DNA from: Bdellovibrionales bacterium
GTDB taxonomy: Bacteria; Bdellovibrionota; Bdellovibrionia; Bdellovibrionales; UBA1609
Reading direction: 5' to 3'
Length of the DNA: 64,000 bases
Assembly (NCBI GenBank): GCA_050250515.1
Contig: JBFWON010000003.1
Coordinates: 395 to 64,394 of the forward strand
The position numbers and the translations under genes are program-made. The notes under the pieces were generated by a model. That model had not been told where the DNA came from, searched no databases, and saw nothing but the letters and a program-made list of their open reading frames with translations. The number at the start of each line of letters is the position of its first letter. The first letter of the stretch is position 1. Of the stretch, positions 38,031 through 47,926 are shown piece after piece.

Positions 38031-38864
38031 ATGCTTATATTGATAGACCCCAAGAAGAGAAAAGAACTGGAAGAACGGATTGAAAAACTTGGATTTTCAA
38101 AATCGGTATTCCAAGTTCTTGAGGTCATATTCTACCAGGCAATGGCGAAAGACGGCCTAGAATACAAAGACCTCAGACCAGAACATCGTCTATTCGATAG
38201 TCACCTCTCAAATGAGGCCCGTGTTAAGTTGTGTTGTGAATATGTTCGCGATTGGGAGCGCCGAAATGAAGGCGCGACTTTTGGATTTGAACGAATATAC
38301 GTCGATGAATATTTCGACGCCACATCGGCAATGGAGAGATTTCGCGAGTCACTGGAGAATATCGAACGACTCTCCCAACGCCTGACTAAGACAAGCAATT
38401 TCTTGGTCACTAAAGGTGGAAAAAAGACGCTCACCGCTCTAAGAAAAATCTTGGAGGCAAACAAGAATCTCAAACTCAGTGAGTTCACGACATCCCACTA
38501 TTTCACAAGCTATCTCGGCATTTCTAAGGCAATTTACTATGATTTTTTTGAGGCAATGGGCGGAAAGAAAAGAAACAAGTTTAATGAATTCATTGCTTAC
38601 AAAATTGCTCGTGAGCACGATGAGGCATACGCTCCCAAGGATTCGCCGTTTCACGGGAGGCCGGGCATTAAGGAGAAATTCGATAGGGACCTAATAAAAT
38701 CCCGGCTAGTCGCAAACAAAAACTCCTATCATGAATTCGCGGTTAAGCTCCACAATTGGGGCTTGGTAACTCCAACATTTATCCAATATTTGGCGGACAA
38801 TCGAACGAAAGACATTTTTATCGCATCCACTGGCAGTCTGCCAATCGGCGCTAAGACAGCTTGA
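38031..38864 (+). CDS. Hypothetical protein
   Basis: 277-aa ORF in AT-richer island DNA; no motif recognised. Confidence 0.65.
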   Translation: MLILIDPKKRKELEERIEKLGFSKSVFQVLEVIFYQAMAKDGLEYKDLRPEHRLFDSHLSNEARVKLCCEYVRDWERRNEGATFGFERIYVDEYFDATSAMERFRESLENIERLSQRLTKTSNFLVTKGGKKTLTALRKILEANKNLKLSEFTTSHYFTSYLGISKAIYYDFFEAMGGKKRNKFNEFIAYKIAREHDEAYAPKDSPFHGRPGIKEKFDRDLIKSRLVANKNSYHEFAVKLHNWGLVTPTFIQYLADNRTKDIFIASTGSLPIGAKTA

Positions 38865-39178
38865 AACAATCAGTATAGCGATTTTCATTTGGCGATCACG
38901 CCTATACTAGAGCATCCAAATTTCATTCAAAAATTCCATTTCAAAAGTTCCCTGTTATCCTGAATTTGCTAGTGAACCAGACTGAAAGCGAAAGCAGAGG
39001 TGTTGCAAACTAGGATTTGGATTTGAACTGATCGTCAGGGGTGCGTGAGGCCGTACCGTCTTCTCCCCATAAGGTATCGGTCCACCACTCTGGCGACAAC
39101 TAAAAAATTTAACTTAAACCAATTTGGTACTGGCGATGCCAAAGCTGGATTTGTCCGTCCAAAAATGAAAGGAATTTT

Positions 39179-39388
39179 ATGGAAAATAATAAATCGAGCG
39201 AACTGATAGCGTCTTGCGGTGACGAAATCGAACGCCTGCTAATCTCATCCAGTCAGTCCAAGGACCTCTATGCCCCTCTTACAAGGTTAATTGAACTTGC
39301 CGTTGCGTTGAGATCGAAGCTGGTTCTCAATCCTCTGCCATCCATTGTGCCACTGGATATTCGTGAACAAGTTGGAGGTGGGAAATGA
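39179..39388 (+). CDS. Small hypothetical protein
   Basis: AAGGA RBS, 69 aa, 4-bp overlap with the next gene. Confidence 0.55.
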   Translation: MENNKSSELIASCGDEIERLLISSSQSKDLYAPLTRLIELAVALRSKLVLNPLPSIVPLDIREQVGGGK

Positions 39389-40617
39389 GCGATTTACTAA
39401 ATTTGGTATCCAACCCAGTAAGTAGTTACACAGTTCCAGCGATATTCCTCGATGCCATTTCAATATCAATTGGATTTGAGTCAAACGTAAGAGACTACGC
39501 CCGCCATGACCTCCCGTCAGAATTTTCAACAAGGATTGTGAATCCCCATATCCAGTTCGGCAAGAATGGAATTGCAACAGTAAGTGGTGGTTCGATGATT
39601 AGCGGTGGTAAACGTCTTTTATATAAGGCTGTTCATAAAGCCTATCCCAATAGCAGGAGAAAGCATCACAATTTGCTATCGTCATCCGACAAGATCGGCG
39701 TCCTATCCTTATCCAACGGAAAGCCATACCTCTACCAGAACCAACTCCTCTTCAATTTGGTGGATGACCTAAAAGCCCATTGCTTTTCAAGGGAGATCAA
39801 ATTGAACTTCATCGACGGCGATCAGGTCCTTAACGAAGCCTATGCAGTGTTCGTCAGCAAGTTCTTCCCAGAAAAAATCAACTATATAGAATATTGCATG
39901 GAGTTCCCCTTTCAAGTTAGGCCTGATGTTCAGTTATTCCATGTAGCCAATGCGATCTCTGGACTGTACGGTGCCACGGCGGGGATTCATGGCCATCCAG
40001 GCAACACAGCCGATTTACGATGGACCGTGCAGCAATCAACTCTATTGAGCGGTACGGAGTTAATTCAAATCAAGGCTTACCCCAAGGATTTTCCAGACGA
40101 GAATGGCGTAATTGAGCAGGTCTACCGTGTAGAGGTGCGCTTCGTTAAACCACGAGTTCAGCCGAATGAATTTGGGCATGCAAGGGACCTTAAAGAAAAG
40201 GTCGAAATCATCGCGAACGAGGCCGCATTCATTCTCAACGGAATTTATCAAAGATGCCAGGCCCCACGAAAACTCCACGGCTACAAGGAAATCGAGCAGG
40301 CTGTCCTGTGCGTCCTGAAGCGATCTCGCAACGACAAACGTATTGTCGCATTAATTGAGTCTCTTATGGAGTGCGGGGCCTACACGCCCAGCTACCATAA
40401 AACGAATAAGGTTCCCGTCTATCACTTGCGAAAACTTGTGGCCGCAGGGGTATTGAGGGAAATCTACATTTCCAAGCAAAGGAAATCGTACATTCTCGAC
40501 TCAATTGCTGGCGCAACAGATGACCTTCAAAAACACAATGCTTTCAAGCCCTTCCATCCAAATCCGAATAATGAAGTAGTAGTAGGAGAAAAAATCTATG
40601 GCGATCACGAAACCTAA
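39385..40617 (+). CDS. Rep_trans-like replication initiator/relaxase with C-terminal winged HTH
   Basis: Motif order FLDAI / INYIEYCME / IKAYPK / YRVEVRF parallels Rep_trans (D; RxDxAxD; YxK; RxExR). YHLRKLVAAGVL resembles a winged HTH. Confidence 0.55.
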   Translation: MSDLLNLVSNPVSSYTVPAIFLDAISISIGFESNVRDYARHDLPSEFSTRIVNPHIQFGKNGIATVSGGSMISGGKRLLYKAVHKAYPNSRRKHHNLLSSSDKIGVLSLSNGKPYLYQNQLLFNLVDDLKAHCFSREIKLNFIDGDQVLNEAYAVFVSKFFPEKINYIEYCMEFPFQVRPDVQLFHVANAISGLYGATAGIHGHPGNTADLRWTVQQSTLLSGTELIQIKAYPKDFPDENGVIEQVYRVEVRFVKPRVQPNEFGHARDLKEKVEIIANEAAFILNGIYQRCQAPRKLHGYKEIEQAVLCVLKRSRNDKRIVALIESLMECGAYTPSYHKTNKVPVYHLRKLVAAGVLREIYISKQRKSYILDSIAGATDDLQKHNAFKPFHPNPNNEVVVGEKIYGDHET

Positions 40618-40942
40618 ACCTCTGTGCTACCCGCAGCCCACACGCTCGCGCCTGACAATCGACAGCAGCATGGCGAACACGTTGGCCGCCGTGTGGAGCG
40701 GATTTAATCCGTCGTCCGTCGCAATTCCAATTGTACCAAGTGGAAATAACTCGGCCAATTCGCCATCTAATTCAGTGGAAAATAATCGCAATTCAAAACG
40801 CGGGCGTCCTCGGAAGCAATTAAACGCGGAAACAATTCGCCTGATGCTGAAAAACAACTTTACGAGGGCGCAGATCGCCCAGCACTTCGGCGTCAGCAAG
40901 AAGCTTATACAAACCACCCTCAACGGCAAACGCAAGGGCTAA
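40598..40942 (+). CDS. Small HTH DNA-binding protein
   Basis: KRGRPRK followed by TRAQIAQHFGVSKKLI (Hin/Fis-type HTH). Confidence 0.7.
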   Translation: MAITKPKPLCYPQPTRSRLTIDSSMANTLAAVWSGFNPSSVAIPIVPSGNNSANSPSNSVENNRNSKRGRPRKQLNAETIRLMLKNNFTRAQIAQHFGVSKKLIQTTLNGKRKG

Positions 40943-40957
40943 CAGCGGGAGAAAAAT

Positions 40958-41395
40958 ATGTTTAGAGTCAAAACCTACAATGGCACTTTCAAGAAATCGG
41001 AATCTGGTGAACCCCAGGAAGGCGTGTTCTTTCGCCTTGGCGTTCGCGGACAAGATGGAGCCAAGCCAGAGGACTTTCTAATGGATACGGGAATGTTGGA
41101 TGGCCCGCCAGTAGCGATCACTACGGAACTGGCGAAGAAATATAATCTTCAGCCCACGGAACAAGTAAGCCTGACCATCGCCAGCGATACCCCTACGCAA
41201 TTTCCCGTCGCAAAGATTGATCTGGTGATCGAGGACGTTACGCTCAGGCAAATTCCCTGTTTGATTGGGACACCCGTTTCAATGATTGGATATAAGATTT
41301 TCTGTCTAATGGACATTCAATTCCATCGAGGCCAGGTCGTAAAAATCGCGCTAAACAACGACGCCATCAACGAGATGTTCGCCCGCGACAAGTAG
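40958..41395 (+). CDS. Retropepsin-like (clan AA) aspartyl protease
   Basis: FLMDTG catalytic motif, later SMIG motif, 145 aa, GGAGA RBS. Confidence 0.65.
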   Translation: MFRVKTYNGTFKKSESGEPQEGVFFRLGVRGQDGAKPEDFLMDTGMLDGPPVAITTELAKKYNLQPTEQVSLTIASDTPTQFPVAKIDLVIEDVTLRQIPCLIGTPVSMIGYKIFCLMDIQFHRGQVVKIALNNDAINEMFARDK

Positions 41396-41400
41396 GCGCA

Positions 41401-42015
41401 TCAGGTATCAAATCCAAACGATTTCCATGTTTGGAAGCTAAACACCCCAATCCCAATGACGTTCACCGCTGCCGTCAGGCCGACTAAGCTTTCCTTGGAT
41501 AAGTGTTCTATCAAAAATCCGAGCGCCATTAGAATTGCCAAATTCAGAACTATGGCCGAAATCCCAATGACAAGCGCTACCTTCGGTTCCAGTTCAATCT
41601 TCTCAAGCTTCTTCAGCCGTTCCGCGATTACATCAAGTATGGTCTGCAAAGAAGCTGCGTTCACCTGTCGGCTTCCAAAGTGCGTAGTGATGTTGGCTGT
41701 CTGAACCAATCTCCGCTCATGCACTTCGTTCATCAATTTCTTGAAACAGGTCCTGTCGGTTTCAGCCCGATCAATCGTCGGCCTATCAAGGCCCGTTTGA
41801 GCGAGATTCGCGCCAAGGTTGGGAACATTGACGTTATGAAGACTTTGAATCAGTGTTCCCCACCAGTGTCTGGCTTGCGCCCATAGTTCATCAGTTTCCC
41901 GAAGCACAGCCGCCTTTTGATCGCGCACAAGAAGGATATGAAAAACGAGGATTGCCGCCCACACCTGCGCGGCTGTCGATGTCGAGTATAGCAAGACATT
42001 TCCAAGGTCCACCAT
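41401..42015 (-). CDS. Hypothetical membrane protein (3 TM)
   Basis: One N-terminal and two C-terminal hydrophobic helices; AAGGAGG RBS. Confidence 0.75.
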   Translation of the reverse strand: MVDLGNVLLYSTSTAAQVWAAILVFHILLVRDQKAAVLRETDELWAQARHWWGTLIQSLHNVNVPNLGANLAQTGLDRPTIDRAETDRTCFKKLMNEVHERRLVQTANITTHFGSRQVNAASLQTILDVIAERLKKLEKIELEPKVALVIGISAIVLNLAILMALGFLIEHLSKESLVGLTAAVNVIGIGVFSFQTWKSFGFDT

Positions 42016-42022
42016 TTCCTCC

Positions 42023-42316
42023 TTAAGCTGCGAACGCCTTTGCCAATTGAAAGCGGATTTCTTGCCGAACCCACAGGTTGTAAATTCGCCAGATGTTATC
42101 TCTTGACGCGGCGGATGCCCATAATTCCAGAATCACATCACCATCACGTTCCATCACTGAAGCAATGGCCGGATGCTTGCGCCTATTGGTGAATTCAACC
42201 TTCAGCGATGTGGCATAACCAGAATAGAAATTCCGGTCGTGAATTGAGAATATCAATTGGACCGTGGTTCCACACGCAACGGCCTTCATTGAAAAGCTGT
42301 CACACTTGAGTTCCAT
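42023..42316 (-). CDS. Small hypothetical protein
   Basis: 97 aa, tightly packed in a three-gene run. Confidence 0.55.
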   Translation of the reverse strand: MELKCDSFSMKAVACGTTVQLIFSIHDRNFYSGYATSLKVEFTNRRKHPAIASVMERDGDVILELWASAASRDNIWRIYNLWVRQEIRFQLAKAFAA

Positions 42317-42320
42317 AGAA

Positions 42321-42530
42321 CTATCTATACTTCTTTTTAATTGAACTAAGGCCTATCCGAAGCGCCTCCAAAATGATTGCGCTCTTGGAAATCGCCTTCT
42401 CGTCAGCCTTACGCCTCTTGTTCACGCCTTCATGGAGGGCAGCAAGTTCCTGCTCCAACCACGTCTTGTCCTTTGAATCGAGCCGAAATGCAAAAATCGG
42501 CGGCGGCGTCTTCTTTTGAAACTTGAGCAT
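42321..42530 (-). CDS. Small ribbon-helix-helix-like DNA-binding protein
   Basis: IFAFRL beta-strand, helix, then ISKSAIILEAL helix; GGAGG RBS. Confidence 0.55.
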   Translation of the reverse strand: MLKFQKKTPPPIFAFRLDSKDKTWLEQELAALHEGVNKRRKADEKAISKSAIILEALRIGLSSIKKKYR

Positions 42531-42638
42531 GGCCTAAAGCCCTCCAATCCTCACTAAAACGTTATCATAAAATGTTAAACATTTACAGTTAGACAAATAT
42601 AGCGCAACGTGTTACGTTTAATTATGGCGGGAGGACTT

Positions 42639-43127
42639 ATGCAAGGCCAATTAAACGCACTGGTGTCGTTTATAGACGGTTTTATAACCCAAGGCGGAGT
42701 AGACCTAGCGGAGGCCAAAAAGTCGCATGTTAAGGACGGCCAGACCGAATTCGAGTATCGGTTCTTTTGCACCCCAGGGCCATTGTTTGAGGCATTCGTC
42801 TATTGGTACACTGTGGGCAATACTCCGCACCCATTCATTTGCATTCAAATCCACTTATGCGACTTGGATTCGGCAAAAGAGCCAGAATTGCTGGTTCAGC
42901 GGCTACTGGAAGACAATGCAGCCTTAGCTCTTCCAATCAGATTTTCGCTCGTTGATGGCAGCGTCTGCCTCACCGCCAGATTTCAAGTGGACGCGGTCGA
43001 TCTTGAATATGCCAAGAACATCATTGAGCACGTTCTGCATCATAGCTTTTCGGCCCTTAACGCTATCTCCAACCAGCATGGCGTTCAGTCCACACTCGAA
43101 GCCGCGCTCCGAACAGACCTGCACTGA
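42639..43127 (+). CDS. YbjN/CesT-like chaperone-fold protein
   Basis: LLVQRLLEDN...IRFSLVDGSVCL pattern. Start refined to ATG 42639 (GGAGG RBS); the track ORF starts at 42609. Confidence 0.65.
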   Translation: MQGQLNALVSFIDGFITQGGVDLAEAKKSHVKDGQTEFEYRFFCTPGPLFEAFVYWYTVGNTPHPFICIQIHLCDLDSAKEPELLVQRLLEDNAALALPIRFSLVDGSVCLTARFQVDAVDLEYAKNIIEHVLHHSFSALNAISNQHGVQSTLEAALRTDLH

Positions 43128-43135
43128 GGCTGAAG

Positions 43136-43810
43136 ATGAGCGATGGCGACCAACTACCATCACAAAAGTCCGCACTAATGCCGCCTAAGCGTTGTGCGAT
43201 TTATGTCAGAATTTCCACACAGGAACAAAATAGCTCCCTCCAGGTTTCAGAATTGACCGAATTTGTCCGTAGGCGCACAGGATGGGTAGTCCATCATATC
43301 TACGAAGACAAAAGAACTGGAACGAATGGTAATCGTCCTCAACTCAAAGCATTGCTAAAGGCCGCCAGGCTACGCGAAATCGACATTGTTCTCTGCTGGA
43401 AATTGGACCGATGGTTTCGATCACTGAAAGAAATCGTGGTGACGCTTCAAGAATTGCAGGAACTTGGTATCGAGTTCGTGAGTCTGAAAGATAACATCGA
43501 CCTTACGACAAGCACTGGCAAGTTGATGATGCATATCGTGGCGGCTTTTTCCGAGTGGGAGGTATCCATCCTGAAGGAGCGCGTTCGGAGTGGTCTGATT
43601 TCCGCCCGCGCAAGGGGCGTAACGTTGGGACGGCCCCAAATAGTCACTCCGGAGATTTCAGATCAGGTAGTCGCCCTTCGGAATCAAGGACTGTCCATAC
43701 GAGCGATTGAACGGACATTGAATAGGGCCGTTAGCAAAACATCCATAGAGCGAATCTTGCGAGCGCGTGGATGTACCAAAAATGGTTCCAACGGGGGGAG
43801 TGGAGAATGA
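43136..43810 (+). CDS. Serine recombinase (resolvase/invertase family)
   Basis: IYVRIST (catalytic Ser), RPQL, KLDRWFRS, LGRP plus C-terminal HTH. Confidence 0.95.
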   Translation: MSDGDQLPSQKSALMPPKRCAIYVRISTQEQNSSLQVSELTEFVRRRTGWVVHHIYEDKRTGTNGNRPQLKALLKAARLREIDIVLCWKLDRWFRSLKEIVVTLQELQELGIEFVSLKDNIDLTTSTGKLMMHIVAAFSEWEVSILKERVRSGLISARARGVTLGRPQIVTPEISDQVVALRNQGLSIRAIERTLNRAVSKTSIERILRARGCTKNGSNGGSGE

Positions 43811-43893
43811 CCATATCTTTCCTCATCTCAATCCATTTGCATTTGGGGCTGACGAGGAATCCGTCTTTAAGAAAAGTATTCGGGACAGGTCAT

Positions 43894-44688
43894 TTACATC
43901 GCGACCGTCACGGAGATCGAATCAATTGTTCCTGGTCCCTTTTCAGTGCGCATGACGTTCACAGTTTCATCTCCTACCTTGTAGCTCTGGCTCTGAATTG
44001 GTTCCTTCGCGTTAGTCGCGGGTTGGCGCGGCTGACCTGCTTTGCCAAGAAGCTGGCGCTCAATGTCGGCTGCGTCGTCCGCAGCGGTCGAAAGTATCGT
44101 GTACCTTTTTATCAAATCACCGTCCTTGATAATCGTGACTTGGAGATTGGCGCCGACGAACTGACAGTTCTCCTGCTGCATGCCCACGATCTTGTCGCAG
44201 GTAAACCTTTCCATTGGAATGCGGGTGTTCTTGATCGGTCCAAGCCGCAGAAGCCAACCCGTACTTGGCACCTCAATAAAAACTTTCGATTCCACCATCC
44301 GATCAGGCTCACTAACTGGCACAGGCACTTCATGGATTGCGAAAGATTCGATTTTCCTTGGCGCAGTGAGCGCTCGATAGGCCCCGCCAACCAAAGCGAT
44401 CACAAACAAGCCCATCACAATTGCACGACGAACCTTGCGACCAGTGTCAAGCCGCTGCCGTTCGCGCACGAACTTGATTACAACCGCGTTGTCCTTGAGG
44501 CGATGCCCAGGTTTAGGATGGTTTTTGTAGTTCTTAACTTGTTTGTAACCGATACCCGCGATCTCGGTCAGTTCACGCTCAAAGTCTTCATTCGAGACGT
44601 TTCCGTGCTTGCGCTGAAGCTCGTCCACGATCTCGGAAAGATACTTGTTCGTCTCTCGAATCGTTGGATTAAGTCGAAACAACCTCAT
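43894..44688 (-). CDS. Membrane-anchored hypothetical protein with N-terminal HTH-like region
   Basis: ELTEIAGIGYKQVKNYK HTH-like segment, single TM, periplasmic C-terminal domain. Confidence 0.65.
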   Translation of the reverse strand: MRLFRLNPTIRETNKYLSEIVDELQRKHGNVSNEDFERELTEIAGIGYKQVKNYKNHPKPGHRLKDNAVVIKFVRERQRLDTGRKVRRAIVMGLFVIALVGGAYRALTAPRKIESFAIHEVPVPVSEPDRMVESKVFIEVPSTGWLLRLGPIKNTRIPMERFTCDKIVGMQQENCQFVGANLQVTIIKDGDLIKRYTILSTAADDAADIERQLLGKAGQPRQPATNAKEPIQSQSYKVGDETVNVMRTEKGPGTIDSISVTVAM

Positions 44689-44993
44689 GTAGAAAGGTTA
44701 CCACGGTCGTCGGAAGAGTCACTTTACCACTTCTGTGGCCGCCAAGGTGTCCGAAATGCTGGTCATGGTGTCGCAAGAGTCAGTGTTCGACGCTGCCTCA
44801 AACTGAGACGCCTGGAGGAATGTGCATGACGACATCTCGTAAGGGTCCAGCGCAAGGACAATCGTCTAGCGCCGCATCTGCGCCGCCAAGTAAGCCGCCC
44901 ACCGGCCATCAGAACATAGTCTGTGACGGAATCGTGAGCGCTCCGAACGAGATGAAGGACCAGACTCCGAACAACCCAAATGATGTCCGAGAC

Positions 44994-45326
44994 ATGGGCA
45001 TGAAATTCAAGCTCCATCTCACTCTTGAAAGCTTACTAAAAAGCAGAAACCAGTCAGCGCGTCAGGCTGCAAAGGCATGCGGAATTCCGCTTTCGACATT
45101 CAGCAGTTACCTGAAGCCCGGTAAACGCCAGATTGACCCACAACACCTATTGGCCATCTCAAAACATTTTGGGGTAAGCACGGACTATCTCCTGAGTGGG
45201 CAGAATGGCCCGACAGATACATTCAAAAACTTGCCAACCAAACGAATCTTTTCCCGTTGGGTCAAGCTCACACTGGAGGGTCTGGAATTGGACGAAACTA
45301 AGACCGGAGATTCCGCCGATGAATAA
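44994..45326 (+). CDS. XRE-family HTH transcriptional regulator
   Basis: SARQAAKACGIPLSTFSSY...ISKHFGVSTDYLL. Start refined to ATG 44994 or 45000; the track ORF starts at 44820. Confidence 0.85.
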   Translation: MGMKFKLHLTLESLLKSRNQSARQAAKACGIPLSTFSSYLKPGKRQIDPQHLLAISKHFGVSTDYLLSGQNGPTDTFKNLPTKRIFSRWVKLTLEGLELDETKTGDSADE

Positions 45327-45328
45327 CT

Positions 45329-45559
45329 CTACTCAAAATCGAGCAGCTTCTTCAAGGGAACCCCAATCGTGTCGGCAACACGGGCCAAGGTCCAGATTTG
45401 GGCATCCACCTGGCCATGTTCAATGCGGGACATTGTTGCGCGGGAGAGTCCTCCTTCAAGGTACACCCTATCCTGAGAGTAGCCCTGGGCCGTGCGAACT
45501 TTCTTTATGTGGGCGCCAAACGCCTTCAAGAAGCGCTCTTTTTGCTTTGCCTCGTTCAT
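45329..45559 (-). CDS. XRE-family HTH regulator (RM controller C-protein-like)
   Basis: FGAHIKKVR...SQD....GLSRATMSRIEHG....TLARVA..IGV, 76 aa. Confidence 0.88.
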   Translation of the reverse strand: MNEAKQKERFLKAFGAHIKKVRTAQGYSQDRVYLEGGLSRATMSRIEHGQVDAQIWTLARVADTIGVPLKKLLDFE

Positions 45560-45577
45560 CGTCCGATTTTCGGACGA
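45559..45577. promoter_or_regulatory. Palindromic operator-like site at the start of the XRE gene
   Basis: Perfect inverted repeat TCGTCCGA-TTT-TCGGACGA touching the start codon. Confidence 0.5.
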
Positions 45578-45737
45578 CTCGAATCATCACTCTCTTCGTA
45601 TATGGAGGGATATTATGTGGCCCTTCGCATTATCAGGCATTCAAAGCGATATGCCAAATAGCCGATAGGGTTGTGGGATGCCGGACGACCGGGCCGCGCC
45701 CAATTAGATCGAGTACACCAACCATCGAGGGCCATTA

Positions 45738-46907
45738 ATGAATCCAACAACAGCAGGAAAAGCCGGGTTATTCGCACTCGTAGTGGGCGGGCTCGCACTT
45801 GTGTTTTTTGGCTCCCGCCACGGGGGCGTGGCGGCGCAGTCGAATCCATTTAAACTTCACGCTAAATCCCGAATAATTGGAGTTCACGGTTGGACACTCG
45901 GCCAGAGCCTCGACCTGGCCAATTACAAACCCACCGACGACTATGAGAACGTTGAAAATCAGACCGAATATTGCGAGAAAGATCATTTCATTCAAAGCAT
46001 TGGAAAAGCTCGGTGCTCCGTAAATATTGAAGAGCTAAACATTTACCATGTAACCACTAGATGCAATGTCCGGTCTAAAGAAGATTCTTCCAGGTGGGTA
46101 ACACTTTGTCTCACACCTAGCAGTCACCAGATTTACAAGATTTCGGGAGAATTTCCCTCAAAAACCCCCGAAGTTTTAGCGGTGCTTAATGACCTGAAGC
46201 AAAGGTACAGCGACGCAAAACGAAGCAATGATGGCGCGATGTATACCTTTGACGATGATCGTAAAACGCTGTCGTTGATAATCGAACATCCTTTTTATGC
46301 ACTTAGTGCAATTGATTGGAACCTAGAAAGGCAAGCGGCAGAAGAAATCAAGAGCCCACCTCCAGTAGAGCGGACCGTTGCGTCAACTACCATCAAGGCA
46401 ACAGTCAAAGCCAATGGCATTAAAGTTTTCAAAATTTGCGATGACCAAATTCAAAACGATGGCGGCATTGTTGCTAGCCAGATGGTCCGTGACCTCTCTA
46501 TAAAATCTGTTGGAGTGCTATACGATACCACTGGCCAGCACGATGAATTCGCAAATAAATTACGTTCGGTTTTTGAACAAACAAGTAAGACGGCAGGAAT
46601 CGCAATTGAATCGTCCAATACCTTTATTGAAGGCGACTTTGACTTCAAGGCCCAGTTGACAATGATGAGATCGCGCAAGCCGGATGCGGTCCTTGTGATC
46701 GGATACCGGGATAGTTCCAACAAGATATTGGACCAATCCCGACAACTTGGATTGCAACAGCCAATCATCTATCTGGGCTGCGTTCCCGACGAACAGAAGA
46801 ATATGGCGGCTCAAACTGAAAAAGAAGAATCCGAAGTTCCCAAACCTGGACTCTTGGGCGTATTCGGTTCCGGCAAGGCCGACACCAAGGGCGTCCGGAA
46901 GGAGTAG
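45738..46907 (+). CDS. Exported protein with a C-terminal partial LivJ-type periplasmic-binding domain
   Basis: N-terminal TM/signal; C-terminal VGVLYD...GDFDFKAQLT...KPDAVLVIG...QLGL. Confidence 0.65.
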   Translation: MNPTTAGKAGLFALVVGGLALVFFGSRHGGVAAQSNPFKLHAKSRIIGVHGWTLGQSLDLANYKPTDDYENVENQTEYCEKDHFIQSIGKARCSVNIEELNIYHVTTRCNVRSKEDSSRWVTLCLTPSSHQIYKISGEFPSKTPEVLAVLNDLKQRYSDAKRSNDGAMYTFDDDRKTLSLIIEHPFYALSAIDWNLERQAAEEIKSPPPVERTVASTTIKATVKANGIKVFKICDDQIQNDGGIVASQMVRDLSIKSVGVLYDTTGQHDEFANKLRSVFEQTSKTAGIAIESSNTFIEGDFDFKAQLTMMRSRKPDAVLVIGYRDSSNKILDQSRQLGLQQPIIYLGCVPDEQKNMAAQTEKEESEVPKPGLLGVFGSGKADTKGVRKE

Positions 46908-46910
46908 AGG

Positions 46911-47285
46911 TTGGATAGACTCTCGATAATCTTAGCGATGATTGTCTTCACTACGACCCCACGGGCGCTGGCGTCTGGATGGTGTGAATCTAGTGCCGAT
47001 ACCAAGAAGGCCAAAGTCAGCTTCCACAAGACCTGCAAGGGTCACTACGAAGCCCAACTTATCCTAGCCGACTACTCGTTGGGCAAGACAGGCTCATCAC
47101 CTTCGCTTCAGAAGCACTCGGATGACATATTCAATTTTTGCCTCTGTGTTGCTAACAAATTCGCCGTGCAGAGCACGGCCAATGAAAATTGCGAATTCTC
47201 GGTAACGGACGCAATCCCTTGGGAAAAACTCGAAATAGCATGGCAAAAGACATGCGGGAGGATGAAATGGAGTTCAAATCAATAG
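46911..47285 (+). CDS. Secreted Cys-containing hypothetical protein
   Basis: Signal peptide, six Cys, 124 aa. Confidence 0.55.
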   Translation: MDRLSIILAMIVFTTTPRALASGWCESSADTKKAKVSFHKTCKGHYEAQLILADYSLGKTGSSPSLQKHSDDIFNFCLCVANKFAVQSTANENCEFSVTDAIPWEKLEIAWQKTCGRMKWSSNQ

Positions 47286-47926
47286 CGGCTACCCAAACGT
47301 GGTGGGCTGGCATTATTGCGCGAAGCCTACCAGCAATCGCGCTCTTTGTGTCGGCCTGTTCGTCGGCGCCCAAACATGAGATTGCCTCATCGGAGATCGT
47401 GCCGGATGCAGTCGTAGCCAGAATTGACGACTTAAAGGCACGCCCCGACTGGGTTTCAGAGTCACAGCCGTTCAAAATTAAGGATGGCACCGTGACCTCA
47501 ATAGGCATCACAACCGCACCAGCCGATGGCACGCGCGTTGAAGCCTTAACGCGAATCGCTCAAAATAGCGGAAAAGCCGCCATTGCCGCCGCAGTAGAAT
47601 CAAGACTCGAATTCATTTTTCAAAACGCTGAAGAGGGAGTCAGCTTCGACTCGACACAGGCGCGATACATAGGAAGCGAAGCCAGCAAAATCGTCACTTC
47701 TTCTATCCGCAGTGGACCTGTTTATTGGGAGAAGATCGCAACGTCATCTGACGGCGGAGAACGAAAGACCGTTTACAAAGTATTTGCCGCAGTCAACATG
47801 CCTGAGTCTGAACTAAAGAAAGCCATTTTGGAAGCCGCCCGAAAACGCGACGGAAAGTCCGGTCTGTCCGCCAATTTTTCCAAGAAGGTCGATGAGCAGT
47901 GGGATAGGTTTGCTTCCGGCGAATGA
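47267..47926 (+). CDS. LPP20-like lipoprotein
   Basis: Lipobox VSAC; RPDWV motif. Start refined to ATG 47267 (GGAGG RBS); the track ORF starts at 47189. Confidence 0.65.
   Translation: MEFKSIAATQTWWAGIIARSLPAIALFVSACSSAPKHEIASSEIVPDAVVARIDDLKARPDWVSESQPFKIKDGTVTSIGITTAPADGTRVEALTRIAQNSGKAAIAAAVESRLEFIFQNAEEGVSFDSTQARYIGSEASKIVTSSIRSGPVYWEKIATSSDGGERKTVYKVFAAVNMPESELKKAILEAARKRDGKSGLSANFSKKVDEQWDRFASGE

Noticed and set aside
43771..44829. 352-aa plus-strand ORF overlapping 43894..44688
   Set aside because: It is in exact antisense codon register to a minus-strand ORF with a sensible HTH-TM architecture, and its translation has no recognisable motifs. Treated as a shadow ORF.
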